Of a DNA stretch of 37,298 bases, positions 9,291 through 18,119 are shown piece after piece. Below the pieces are notes generated by a model that worked only from the letters and a program-made list of their open reading frames with translations, was not told the DNA's origin and searched no databases. Where the stretch lies: contig JBBDRK010000081.1 in assembly GCA_040905465.1 (NCBI GenBank), forward strand, positions 29,029 through 66,326. Reading direction: 5' to 3'. The position numbers and the translations under genes were made by a program. Each line of letters opens with the position of its first letter. Position 1 is the first letter of the stretch. This stretch comes from Trueperaceae bacterium (lineage in GTDB: Bacteria; Deinococcota; Deinococci; Deinococcales; Trueperaceae).

Positions 9291-10688
9291 ATGAACATCG
9301 CGATGATAAGCGAACACGCTTCTCCGCTGGCCGCCCTGGGCGGCGTCGACAGCGGCGGCCAGAACGTCTACGTAGCCCAGGTGGCCTCAGAACTGGGCCG
9401 CCGCGGCCACCGGGTAACGGTCTTCACCAGGAGGGACGACCCCGAACTACCGGGCGAAATGAGGTGCGCGCCCAACGTTTCATTGGTGCACATCGCCGCC
9501 GGTCCCGCGCGACCTGTCCCCAAGGAGGAGATGCTGCCGCTGATGCCGCGGTTCACCGAGGGGGTCCTCGCCTACCTGGGGCAGATGCAACGACCGCTCG
9601 ACCTGGTGCATGCTCACTTCTTCATGTCGGCACAGGTCGCGGCCGAGCTGCAGCGCGTCCGTGGCCTTCCGTTTGTCGTCACCTTTCACGCCCTCGGACG
9701 GATAAGACGCCGTCACCAGGGCGTCGCCGACAGGTTTCCGGTCGAGCGGTTCGCCATCGAGGAGCGTGCGGTGGCGGAAGCGCGCCTCGTGATCGCAGAA
9801 TGTCCGCAGGACCGCGACGACCTGATCGAGCTCTACGGCGCCGGCCCCGAGCAGATCCGGGTGGCACCGTGCGGCTACTCGCCCGAGGAGCTCGGACCCA
9901 CCTCGAAGCCGGAGGCCCGAAGACGGCTGGGGCTGGCGGAGTCGGAGCCGGTGATCTTGCAACTCGGCCGGATGGTACCGCGCAAGGGTGTCGCCACCGC
10001 GATCGAAGGTCTGGCTCGGCTGAGGCGCCGGCACGGCGTTCTCGCCCAGCTGCTGGTGGTGGGCGGCAACAGCGCCACGGCAGATCCACGCGCAACTCCC
10101 GAGATCGGTCGATTGCTCGCGGTGGCCGAGAAGGAGGGCGTCGCAAACAGCGTGCGCTTCGAAGGGCGCCGTGACCGAGCCCAGTTGCGCGACTACTACG
10201 GCGCAGCCGATATCTTCATCAGCACACCCTGGTACGAGCCGTTCGGCATCACTCCGGTGGAAGCGATGGCCTGCGGCCTGCCGGTGCTCGGATCGGCGGT
10301 GGGTGGGATCAAGTCCACGGTCGTCGATGGCGAAACCGGGTTCCTGGTTCCAGCCGACGATCCCGACGCGGTGGCCGAGCGCCTGGCGGCGATGCTGGGC
10401 GACAGGCGAATGCTGCGGAGGATGGGAGAACGGGCGCTGGAACGAGCAGCCGGGTTCACCTGGTCGCGAGTCACCGACCGCCTCGAATCGATCTACGCGG
10501 AGGCCGTTGCGGCCACCCCCTCCAAGCCCAGGGAGACCTCGAAACGCCGGCGGACCGAAACGCCGACGGCAGCTCTCGGGCGCTCACTGCTCCACTCGGG
10601 CCTGCACGGCGCGAGTCTAATTTTCAGGGCGGGATCGAAGGCGTCCCACGACAGCCGGGAGCCGAACGACGCCGAAGGGGGACGGTGA
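9291..10688 (+). CDS. glycosyltransferase family 4 (MshA/sucrose-phosphate-synthase-like)
   Basis: Motifs SEHASPLAALGGVDSGGQNVYV, HAHFFMS, GRMVPRKG and WYEPFGITPVEAMACG. Confidence 0.9.
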   Translation: MNIAMISEHASPLAALGGVDSGGQNVYVAQVASELGRRGHRVTVFTRRDDPELPGEMRCAPNVSLVHIAAGPARPVPKEEMLPLMPRFTEGVLAYLGQMQRPLDLVHAHFFMSAQVAAELQRVRGLPFVVTFHALGRIRRRHQGVADRFPVERFAIEERAVAEARLVIAECPQDRDDLIELYGAGPEQIRVAPCGYSPEELGPTSKPEARRRLGLAESEPVILQLGRMVPRKGVATAIEGLARLRRRHGVLAQLLVVGGNSATADPRATPEIGRLLAVAEKEGVANSVRFEGRRDRAQLRDYYGAADIFISTPWYEPFGITPVEAMACGLPVLGSAVGGIKSTVVDGETGFLVPADDPDAVAERLAAMLGDRRMLRRMGERALERAAGFTWSRVTDRLESIYAEAVAATPSKPRETSKRRRTETPTAALGRSLLHSGLHGASLIFRAGSKASHDSREPNDAEGGR

Positions 10689-10691
10689 CCG

Positions 10692-11417
10692 GTGACGTCA
10701 CTTCAGGGGAAGAACGCACTCGTAACCGGTGGCGGCAGCGGCCTGGGCGCGGAGACGTGCCGAGTCCTGGCGGCGGCCGGCGCCAATGTAGTGGTGGCCG
10801 ACATCGACCGCGAATCGGCGGCACGGCTGGCAGCGACTCTGGCCGACTGCCCCGGCAAGGCGGAAGCCACCGAGCTCGACGTGCGCGACGCCGCGTCGGC
10901 TGAAGCGGCGGTCACGGCGACCGAGGAACGCTTCGGATCGCTCGACATGCTCATCAACAACGCCGGTGTCGACAGGACGGTGCCGTTCGACGAACTGTCG
11001 GTCGACGACTGGGACCTGGTGCTGGACGTGAATCTGCGTGGGGCATTCGTGATGTCACGGTCGGCGTTTCCGAGGATGAAGGAGCGCGGAAGCGGCCACA
11101 TCGTCAACATCGTCTCGACCGCCGCCCGCCGCGCCTGGGCGAACGCCGCCGCCTATCACGCATCGAAGTGGGGGCTCCTGGGCCTCAGCCACTCCCTGCA
11201 CGTCGAGGGGCGCGAGGTCGGGGTGGGCGTTACCGCCCTCATCGCCGGGGGAATGCGTACCCCGTTCATCATGGACCGGTTTCCCGACACCGATCCGGGC
11301 CTGCTCCAGGAGCCGCACAACGTCGCGGAAGCGATCCGATTCGTGCTGACGCAACCGCCGGGGACCGTGATCCCCGAGCTCATGGTCCTGCCGATGCGGG
11401 AGACGTCATGGCCGTGA
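10692..11417 (+). CDS. classical SDR-family oxidoreductase
   Basis: TGGGSGLG, NNAG and the catalytic YHASK motif. Confidence 0.9.
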   Translation: MTSLQGKNALVTGGGSGLGAETCRVLAAAGANVVVADIDRESAARLAATLADCPGKAEATELDVRDAASAEAAVTATEERFGSLDMLINNAGVDRTVPFDELSVDDWDLVLDVNLRGAFVMSRSAFPRMKERGSGHIVNIVSTAARRAWANAAAYHASKWGLLGLSHSLHVEGREVGVGVTALIAGGMRTPFIMDRFPDTDPGLLQEPHNVAEAIRFVLTQPPGTVIPELMVLPMRETSWP

Positions 11418-12067
11418 GCCGGCGCAGGCACAGGGCGGTGTTCCTGGACAAGGACGGCACGCTGGTGGAAAACGTGCCGTACAACGTCGACCCTGCCCTG
11501 GTCAGGCTCACTCCCGGGGCGGGACCGGCCCTTCGAAAGTTGGCGGAGGCCGGCTTCCGACTGATAGTGGTGAGCAATCAGTCGGGCGTCGCCCGTGGCC
11601 TGTTTCCCCTGGACGCGCTGGCGGCGGTGGAGCGGCGGATCGCCGAGCTTCTCGAGCCGGACGGCGTGCAGTTGGACGACTACTACTACTGCCCTCACCA
11701 TCCCCAGGGCTGTGTCGAGCCGTACGCGGTTCGGTGCGGCTGCCGCAAGCCCCGTCCGGGGCTGTTGTTGCGCGGTGCCGAAGAGCACAGTGTCGAGCTG
11801 GACCGCTCCTGGCTGGTAGGGGACATTCTCGATGACGTCGAGGCCGGCTGCCGAGCCGGTTGCCGAACGATCCTGCTGCACAGCCGCAAGAGCGGCGGCG
11901 GCGAAGACGGCGGCGTTGCAACGAGCGGTGGCGAGACCGAGTGGCGGCCGGGCACGTGTCGCCGGCCGGTAGCGCTCGCCGCCGAGCTGGACGAGGCCGC
12001 CGGCCTTATTCTCGCGGCCGACCGCAAGCAAGAGGAGGAGAGATGCGACGCGATCCTCTCGACCTGA
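11408..12067 (+). CDS. gmhB: D,D-heptose 1,7-bisphosphate phosphatase-like HAD-IIIA enzyme
   Basis: FLDKDGTL, SNQSGVARG, the Zn motif CPHH...CGCRKP, and GDILDDVEAG. Confidence 0.85.
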   Translation: MAVSRRRHRAVFLDKDGTLVENVPYNVDPALVRLTPGAGPALRKLAEAGFRLIVVSNQSGVARGLFPLDALAAVERRIAELLEPDGVQLDDYYYCPHHPQGCVEPYAVRCGCRKPRPGLLLRGAEEHSVELDRSWLVGDILDDVEAGCRAGCRTILLHSRKSGGGEDGGVATSGGETEWRPGTCRRPVALAAELDEAAGLILAADRKQEEERCDAILST

Positions 12068-13539
12068 TCCGCGCCTTCGCCGAACTCGAGGTGTTGGTGA
12101 TCGGTGAAGCGATGCTCGACGCCTACCTCCACGGCCAGGCCGACAGGCTCTGCCGGGAGGCGCCGGTACCGGTGGTGGGCCTGGAGCATCGCCACGACCA
12201 GCCCGGTGGGGCGGCGAACGCGGCGATGAACCTCGTTGCGCTCGGCGCCCACACCACTTACCTGGCGGCGGTAGGCGACGACGACGAGGGCCGGCGCCTG
12301 CGCTCGGCCATCGAAGCGGGCGGTCTCGATCCGACCGACGTGCTCGTTTCCGACGACAGGCAGACACTAAGCAAGTGTCGGATCTTCGCCGGCGAACAGA
12401 TGGTGATGCGGCTCGACAAAGGCACCTCGGAACCCCTTTCGGCCACGTTGGAAGCGCGCGTGGTGGAGAGGCTGCGAGACGCACACGACCGCTGCGACCT
12501 GCTGGTCGTATCCGACTACGGGTACGGCACCATTACGCCCGGGGTGATCGAGGCGCTCGTCGAGCTGCAGCAGAGGTGCCCGCGCCCGCTGGTCGTCGAC
12601 TCCAAGTATCCGGAGCGCTATCGTCAACTGCAGGCCACGGCGGTCAAGCCGAACTACGGAGAGGTGGCGCGGCTGCTGGGGCTGGCGCAACGCCGACGCG
12701 ACCGAGTCGAGCAAATCGAACGCCTGGAAGAGTTGCTCCTGGAACGCACCGGCGCCCGAATCGTGGCGGCCACGCTCGACGACGAGGGTGCGCTCATCTT
12801 CGAACGGGACGCGCCGCCTTACCGGACCTATGCCCAGCCGATGCCTCACACCCACGCAACCGGCGCGGGCGACACCTTCACGGCGGCTCTCGCCCTTGCC
12901 TTGGCCGCGGGCGCCGAGACGCCCGAGGCGGCCGAATGCGCCTCCGCCGCGGCCAGGATCGTGGTCTGCAAGGGCGGTACTACCGTCTGCACCCATGAGG
13001 ATCTGCTGGGTTCACTGTGCGCGGGCGAGAAAGTGCTCTCCAACCGCGAGCGCCTGGCGGCGCGCGTGGAGCACCTGCGGCGCAGCGGCAAGCGCGTGGT
13101 GTTCACCAACGGCTGCTTCGACATCCTCCACCGTGGTCACGTCACCTACCTGAGTCGGGCGAAGGCGCTGGGCGACGTATTGATCGTCGGAATCAACAGC
13201 GACGACGGAGTCCGGGAGCTGAAGGGCCCGGAACGGCCCATCAATCCGCTCGAGGACCGGCTGCAGGTTCTGTCGGCGCTCTCCTGCGTCGACCACATCG
13301 CGTCGTTCGACGAACCGACGCCGGCCGACCTGCTGAGCATCATTCGGCCCGAAGTGTTCGTCAAAGGAGGGGACTACAGCGAGGCGACACTGCCCGAAGC
13401 CGCGCTGGTACGGCGGCTGGGTGGACGGATCGAGCTCCTTCCGTATCTCGACGGCCGCTCCACCAGTGGGATCATCGAGCGGGTCCGGGGAGCCGCAACG
13501 CCCGTCGACAGGCGCGCCGCCGCCGGGGGCGGCTCGTGA
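12043..13539 (+). CDS. hldE: bifunctional heptose-7-phosphate kinase / heptose-1-phosphate nucleotidyltransferase
   Basis: PfkB domain (REAPVPVV, PGGAANAA, SDYGYG, TGAGDT) fused to a cytidylyltransferase-like domain (FTNGCFDILHRGH, KGGDY, GRSTS). GAGGAG SD. Confidence 0.92.
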   Translation: MRRDPLDLIRAFAELEVLVIGEAMLDAYLHGQADRLCREAPVPVVGLEHRHDQPGGAANAAMNLVALGAHTTYLAAVGDDDEGRRLRSAIEAGGLDPTDVLVSDDRQTLSKCRIFAGEQMVMRLDKGTSEPLSATLEARVVERLRDAHDRCDLLVVSDYGYGTITPGVIEALVELQQRCPRPLVVDSKYPERYRQLQATAVKPNYGEVARLLGLAQRRRDRVEQIERLEELLLERTGARIVAATLDDEGALIFERDAPPYRTYAQPMPHTHATGAGDTFTAALALALAAGAETPEAAECASAAARIVVCKGGTTVCTHEDLLGSLCAGEKVLSNRERLAARVEHLRRSGKRVVFTNGCFDILHRGHVTYLSRAKALGDVLIVGINSDDGVRELKGPERPINPLEDRLQVLSALSCVDHIASFDEPTPADLLSIIRPEVFVKGGDYSEATLPEAALVRRLGGRIELLPYLDGRSTSGIIERVRGAATPVDRRAAAGGGS

Positions 13540-14690
13540 GACAGGAGAACGGCATCGCCGGCTGGCAGTCGGCTCGCAGGCTGCTGGCGGTACGACTCGA
13601 CGCAATGGGCGACGTGGTCATGACCGGGCCGGCCCTGCGGGCGCTCAAGGACCAGCTACCCGGTCGTCACGTGACCCTGCTGACATCGCCGGCCGGGGCG
13701 GAGGCGGCCTCTCTGCTGCCGGAGGTGGACGAGTCGATCGTCTTCCAGGCGCCCTGGATGAAGCCGTCACCGGCAGGTCCCGGCCCCGCGCCAACGAACG
13801 AGTTGGCCGACCGTCTCCGGGCCGGTGCCTACGACGCAGCCGTCATCTTCACCGTCTACAGCCAGAGCCCGCTTCCGGCCGCGTTGCTGCTGCACCTGGC
13901 CGAGATACCGCGCGCGCTTGCTTATTGCCGGGAGAACCCTTACCACCTCCTCGACCGCTGGATCCGCGAGCCGGAGCCGGATGAGGGAGTGAGGCACGAG
14001 GTCGAGCGCCATCTCCGACTGGTGGGCACGATTGGAGCGACAACCAGCGACCGAAGCCTGCGGGTGACGGCGCGTGGGGCGGCTCACGCACGTGTCGAAT
14101 CACTGCTGCAGCACCTCCGCCTGCGCGGCCGGCACGACTGGTTGGTGGTTCATCCGGGCGCCAGCGCTCCTTCCCGGCGTTACCCGGTCGAGCAGTTCGC
14201 CCAGGCGCTGCACTTACTCCATCGCGAGCACGGGTTGGGGCTGGTACTCACCGGCAGCGAAGAAGAGCGGCACCTGGTGTCGGAAGTCCGGCGGCTGGCC
14301 GGCGTTCCGGCCACCGACCTGGCGGGCGAGCTCGACCTGCACGAGTTGGTCGCCCTGCTCGAGCGGGCGCCGCTGCTGCTTGCGAACAACACCGGGCCGG
14401 TGCACCTGGCGGCAGGAGTGGGAACGCCGGTGGTCGACCTGTACGCCCTGACCAACCCGCAACACACCCCCTGGCGGGTCCCCTCTCGGGTCCTTTTCCG
14501 CGACGTGCCGTGCCGCTTCTGCTACAGCTCGCGCTGTCCGGAAGGGCACCACGAGTGCCTGAGAGGCGTGGCGCCCGGCGAGGTGGCGGCAGCCGTCCTC
14601 GACCTCTTCGGCGAGACCGGATCCGGGGTGGCCGCCGCATCCGACCGCTACTCCTCCCTCCGGCTCCCTGGCCTTACGGGGCTGCCGTGA
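13536..14690 (+). CDS. glycosyltransferase family 9 (heptosyltransferase-like) 1
   Basis: RLDAMGDVVMTGPALRAL, HPGASAPSRRYP, NNTGPVHLAA and a C-terminal Cys cluster. GTGA overlap with hldE. Confidence 0.9.
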   Translation: MRQENGIAGWQSARRLLAVRLDAMGDVVMTGPALRALKDQLPGRHVTLLTSPAGAEAASLLPEVDESIVFQAPWMKPSPAGPGPAPTNELADRLRAGAYDAAVIFTVYSQSPLPAALLLHLAEIPRALAYCRENPYHLLDRWIREPEPDEGVRHEVERHLRLVGTIGATTSDRSLRVTARGAAHARVESLLQHLRLRGRHDWLVVHPGASAPSRRYPVEQFAQALHLLHREHGLGLVLTGSEEERHLVSEVRRLAGVPATDLAGELDLHELVALLERAPLLLANNTGPVHLAAGVGTPVVDLYALTNPQHTPWRVPSRVLFRDVPCRFCYSSRCPEGHHECLRGVAPGEVAAAVLDLFGETGSGVAAASDRYSSLRLPGLTGLP

Positions 14691-14758
14691 ACCTGTCTGT
14701 CCAGCGGGTCGATCGGGACCATGGCAACGGCTCCGCTCCCGAGGTGGCAAGCGAGTGA
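14687..14758 (+). CDS. putative 23-aa bridging mini-ORF (MNLSVQRVDRDHGNGSAPEVASE)
   Basis: GTGA overlap with the GT9-1 stop at its start and GTGA overlap with the GT9-2 start at its end. Confidence 0.35.
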   Translation: MNLSVQRVDRDHGNGSAPEVASE

Positions 14759-15849
14759 TCGCCGCGGAGTGGTGCAACGTTCGTGAGGTGCTGGTCGTCC
14801 GCCTCGACAACCTGGGCGACGTACTCATGACCGGACCTGCACTCCGCTCACTCAAGGCCGGTCTGCCCGATTCGCGAATAACCCTGCTCGCCAGCCCGGG
14901 CGGCGCGCAGGCAGCCGCACTCCTGCCGTGGGTCGACCGGGTGATCGAGCACCGGGCACTGTGGCAGGACCTGGGATCGCTGCCGTTCGCGCCTCGACGA
15001 GAGTACGACCTGGTCGAACGGTTGGCACGGGCCGGCTTCGACGCCGCAATCATCTTCACCTCGTTCAGCCAGACGCCGCACGCCGCCGCCTACGCCTGTT
15101 ACCTCGCCGGCATCCCGCTGCGGACCGGCACGTCCAAGGAGTTTGCCGGCGGCGTGCTGAGTCATGAGCTGCGCATCGGACCGGAAGCCGACGGCCTGCA
15201 TCAGGTGGACAGGAACATGGCCCTTCTCGAGCCGCTCGGTTTCGACGTAAGCGACCGCCGGCTGGCCGTGGACGTGCCGTGGCCGGCGCGTAGGAGTCTC
15301 GACCGGATCCTCGATGACACAGGAGTGGGCGCAGGGTCGCCGCTGATAGTCGCCTGTCCCTGGGCCTCGTGCCCGGCTCGCACGTATCGGTCGGAAGACA
15401 TGGTCGCCGCCGCCCGTGGAATCGGCGAGGCGAGCGGGTACCGGGTGGCGCTGACCGGGACTCCCCGCCACCGAGCCGAGCTCGAACGGGTTCCCGGACG
15501 GTTGCGGGAAGGACTGGTGGACCTCGTCGGCCGGCTCGACTTCGCGGAGTTCGCCGCTCTGGTCGAGCGCGCAGTGCTGTTACTGACCAACAACAGCGGG
15601 CCGCTTCACCTGGCGGAAGCCACGGGTACGCCCTCGGTGGTTCTCTACGCCGGCACCGATCTCGAGTCGCAGTGGAAACCTCGCTTCGGCCCGGCGCGGC
15701 TGCTCCGCAGGCCGACCGCCTGCCACCCGTGCTACGCCTTCGACTGTCCCGTGCCGGGTCACCCTTGCCTGGAGATTCCCGTCGACGAGGTGATCGGCGC
15801 CGGACTCGGCATGGCGCGTGAGAAGAGGGACCATGCCACTCCTGCCTGA
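14755..15849 (+). CDS. glycosyltransferase family 9 (heptosyltransferase-like) 2
   Basis: RLDNLGDVLMTGPALRSL, NNSGPLHLA and CHPCYAFDC. Confidence 0.9.
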   Translation: MIAAEWCNVREVLVVRLDNLGDVLMTGPALRSLKAGLPDSRITLLASPGGAQAAALLPWVDRVIEHRALWQDLGSLPFAPRREYDLVERLARAGFDAAIIFTSFSQTPHAAAYACYLAGIPLRTGTSKEFAGGVLSHELRIGPEADGLHQVDRNMALLEPLGFDVSDRRLAVDVPWPARRSLDRILDDTGVGAGSPLIVACPWASCPARTYRSEDMVAAARGIGEASGYRVALTGTPRHRAELERVPGRLREGLVDLVGRLDFAEFAALVERAVLLLTNNSGPLHLAEATGTPSVVLYAGTDLESQWKPRFGPARLLRRPTACHPCYAFDCPVPGHPCLEIPVDEVIGAGLGMAREKRDHATPA

Positions 15850-16975
15850 AGTACGCCGCATCGCGGTGCTCCGGGCCAACGGCATCGGCGACCTGATCTT
15901 TGCGCTGCCGGCACTGGCTGCGTTGCGCAGCGCCTATCCGTCCGCACACATCACGCTGCTCGCCGCACCGTGGCACAAGGAGCTCCTGGCCGGACGGGAG
16001 GAGCCGGCAGATGACGTGCTGGTGGTTCCTGCCGCGGCGGGAATTCGCAAGGGTCCGGGCGAGGATGAAGACGATGAGGCATCGGCACGCTTCTTGTCGC
16101 GCATGCGGGCACGACGCTTCGACCTCGCCTTGCAGATGCACGGAGGGGGCCGCTACTCGAACCCCTTCGTCTCTCGACTCGGCGCGAGGTCGACGGCCGG
16201 TCTGCAGGCCGCAGGCGTTCCGGGCCTGGACCTGAACGTGCCTTACGTGTACTACCAGTCGGAAGTGCTCCGGCTGCTGGAGGTGGCCGCCCTGGTCGGC
16301 GCCGAGCCGGTGACGTTGGAGCCGCGGCTGGCCGTGACCGAGAGCGACCTGGCGGAGGCGAACGCCGTTCTCCCGTCCGACGGCGCGCCACTGGCGGTTC
16401 TCAACCCTGGTGCCAGCGATCCGCGTCGCCGCTGGCCCCCCGAGAAGTTCGCCGCGGTCGGCGACGCACTGCGAACGGCGGGCGCCACCGTCGCGATAGT
16501 CGGTGGACCGAACGACCGGGAGTTGGGCCGTGCGGTGGCGAGTGCCATGCGCGGGCCGGCTTGCGATCTGACGGGTCGAATCGGACTGGGAGGGTTGGCA
16601 GGCCTGCTGAGCCGCAGCCGCCTGCTGGTATCCAACGATACCGGGCCGCTTCATCTGGGCGCCGCCGTCGGCGCGCCCACGGTGGGGATCTACTGGTGCG
16701 GGAACCTGATCAACGCGGGCCCCGCCTATCGTCGCCGGCACCGGCCGCAAGTCTCCTGGCGGCTCGATTGCCCCGTTTGCGGCATCGACTGCACCCGCTC
16801 GGTCTGCTCACACGATGCCTCGTTCGTAGCGGACGTGCCGGAGGATCAGGTGATAGCCGCCGGACTGGACCTGCTTGCCGCCGGGGCCGCCGACAACCAG
16901 CAGCCTGCCGGCTCACCCGGCGGGCACGCCGCCACGAGCGCGCGGCCGGTCGGTTCGGTGCAGCCGAAGCAGTAA
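15833..16975 (+). CDS. glycosyltransferase family 9 (heptosyltransferase-like) 3
   Basis: RANGIGDLIFALPAL, NPGASDPRRRWP and SNDTGPLHLGAAVG. Confidence 0.9.
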   Translation: MPLLPEVRRIAVLRANGIGDLIFALPALAALRSAYPSAHITLLAAPWHKELLAGREEPADDVLVVPAAAGIRKGPGEDEDDEASARFLSRMRARRFDLALQMHGGGRYSNPFVSRLGARSTAGLQAAGVPGLDLNVPYVYYQSEVLRLLEVAALVGAEPVTLEPRLAVTESDLAEANAVLPSDGAPLAVLNPGASDPRRRWPPEKFAAVGDALRTAGATVAIVGGPNDRELGRAVASAMRGPACDLTGRIGLGGLAGLLSRSRLLVSNDTGPLHLGAAVGAPTVGIYWCGNLINAGPAYRRRHRPQVSWRLDCPVCGIDCTRSVCSHDASFVADVPEDQVIAAGLDLLAAGAADNQQPAGSPGGHAATSARPVGSVQPKQ

Positions 16976-16985
16976 GCCGCCCTGT

Positions 16986-18119
16986 CTACGGCCACAGCCT
17001 GCCGACCCAAGCCATGGGGTTGCTCGGGACACCGGCGACGCGCATCTCCCAGTGCAGGTGAGGTCCGGTAGAAAGTCCGGTAGAGCCCACCTCGCCGATC
17101 ACCTGGCCGGCTGCCACCGCCTCGCCCGCCTCGACCAGGATCGTGCTCTGGTGGAAGTAGAGGCTGCTTACGCCGGCGCCATGGTCGATTATCGTGAGCC
17201 CGCCCTTTATCGGAAAGAACTCTGCGATCCTCACGAGGCCGGCGTTGGTGGCCAGTATAGGCGTCCCCGTGGGAGCGCCGATGTCGCTGCCCTCGTGATA
17301 CGACACCGGTCCACCCGGTGCGTACCTGCGGGGGAAGCCGAATCCGCTGGTGGAACGGCCCTCGATCGGCAGCACGAACTCTTTGCTCCACTGGGGAATC
17401 GGCAGACTCTCGGCGAAAGCCAGTTCGAACGCCTCCCGCTCGAGCTCGCGGCCGGCGGGCGTAATCACGCTGAGCGTGGAGGCGGCTACGTTCAGCTCCT
17501 CCACCGGGTTACGGCTGGCCACGATTCGCAGCTCGGCTGTCGCCGCGGTAACCCGGCCGAACTCGTCGACCAGCCTGGCCTCGACAGGCCACAGGGAGTC
17601 GGCGCTGCCCAGGGGGGCCACCGAAAGGAAGGTGATGCTGTTCCGACCATGCAGGCTGGTTCCGTGCGCGGAAGGGACGCTCAGCACCGACTCGGTCAGG
17701 GCGGCACCGCTGTCGTTCCAGCGGGTCACGACCGTGAAAGGTTCGCCTGCACCGACCGCGGCCGGCACCTCGAGCACCGGTACGGCGGCCGGCACGCCCT
17801 GCACCTCGTGAGTCAAGCTGGTCGCGTTTCCGGCGGCGTCGCTGGCCACGACGCTAATCTCGTGGCTGCCGGCCAGGGCCAACAGCGACACGGTAAGGTC
17901 CTGTGACACCTGCTCCAGCTCCAGTTCGCCGTAACTCAGCCGGTAGGTCACCGGTTCGTTGGCGCTCAGGAACAGCTCGAACGGCGCAGCCGCGGGCACA
18001 CGCGCCTCCACCTCGCTGTACACCTCCGGCGGCGTGACGTCGCGCCGCGCGCTCGACAGCGCCAGGGTTAGCAGTAGCGCCGCCACCAGCAGCCCTGCTC
18101 GCACGGGCGTCAGCTTCAC
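16986..18119 (-). CDS. secreted M23-family metallopeptidase
   Basis: Signal peptide and a C-terminal M23 domain (HEGSD, YFHQ, STGPHLHWE). GTGA overlap with the hpt stop. Confidence 0.88.
   Translation of the reverse strand: MKLTPVRAGLLVAALLLTLALSSARRDVTPPEVYSEVEARVPAAAPFELFLSANEPVTYRLSYGELELEQVSQDLTVSLLALAGSHEISVVASDAAGNATSLTHEVQGVPAAVPVLEVPAAVGAGEPFTVVTRWNDSGAALTESVLSVPSAHGTSLHGRNSITFLSVAPLGSADSLWPVEARLVDEFGRVTAATAELRIVASRNPVEELNVAASTLSVITPAGRELEREAFELAFAESLPIPQWSKEFVLPIEGRSTSGFGFPRRYAPGGPVSYHEGSDIGAPTGTPILATNAGLVRIAEFFPIKGGLTIIDHGAGVSSLYFHQSTILVEAGEAVAAGQVIGEVGSTGLSTGPHLHWEMRVAGVPSNPMAWVGRLWP

Noticed and set aside
6004-16975. Calling the cluster an ordinary LPS core (waa) locus or a mobile element
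   Set aside because: No Kdo/lipid A, hldD or ligase genes are present, and no integrase, transposase or terminal repeats were seen. Specific waaC/waaF symbols were not assigned.
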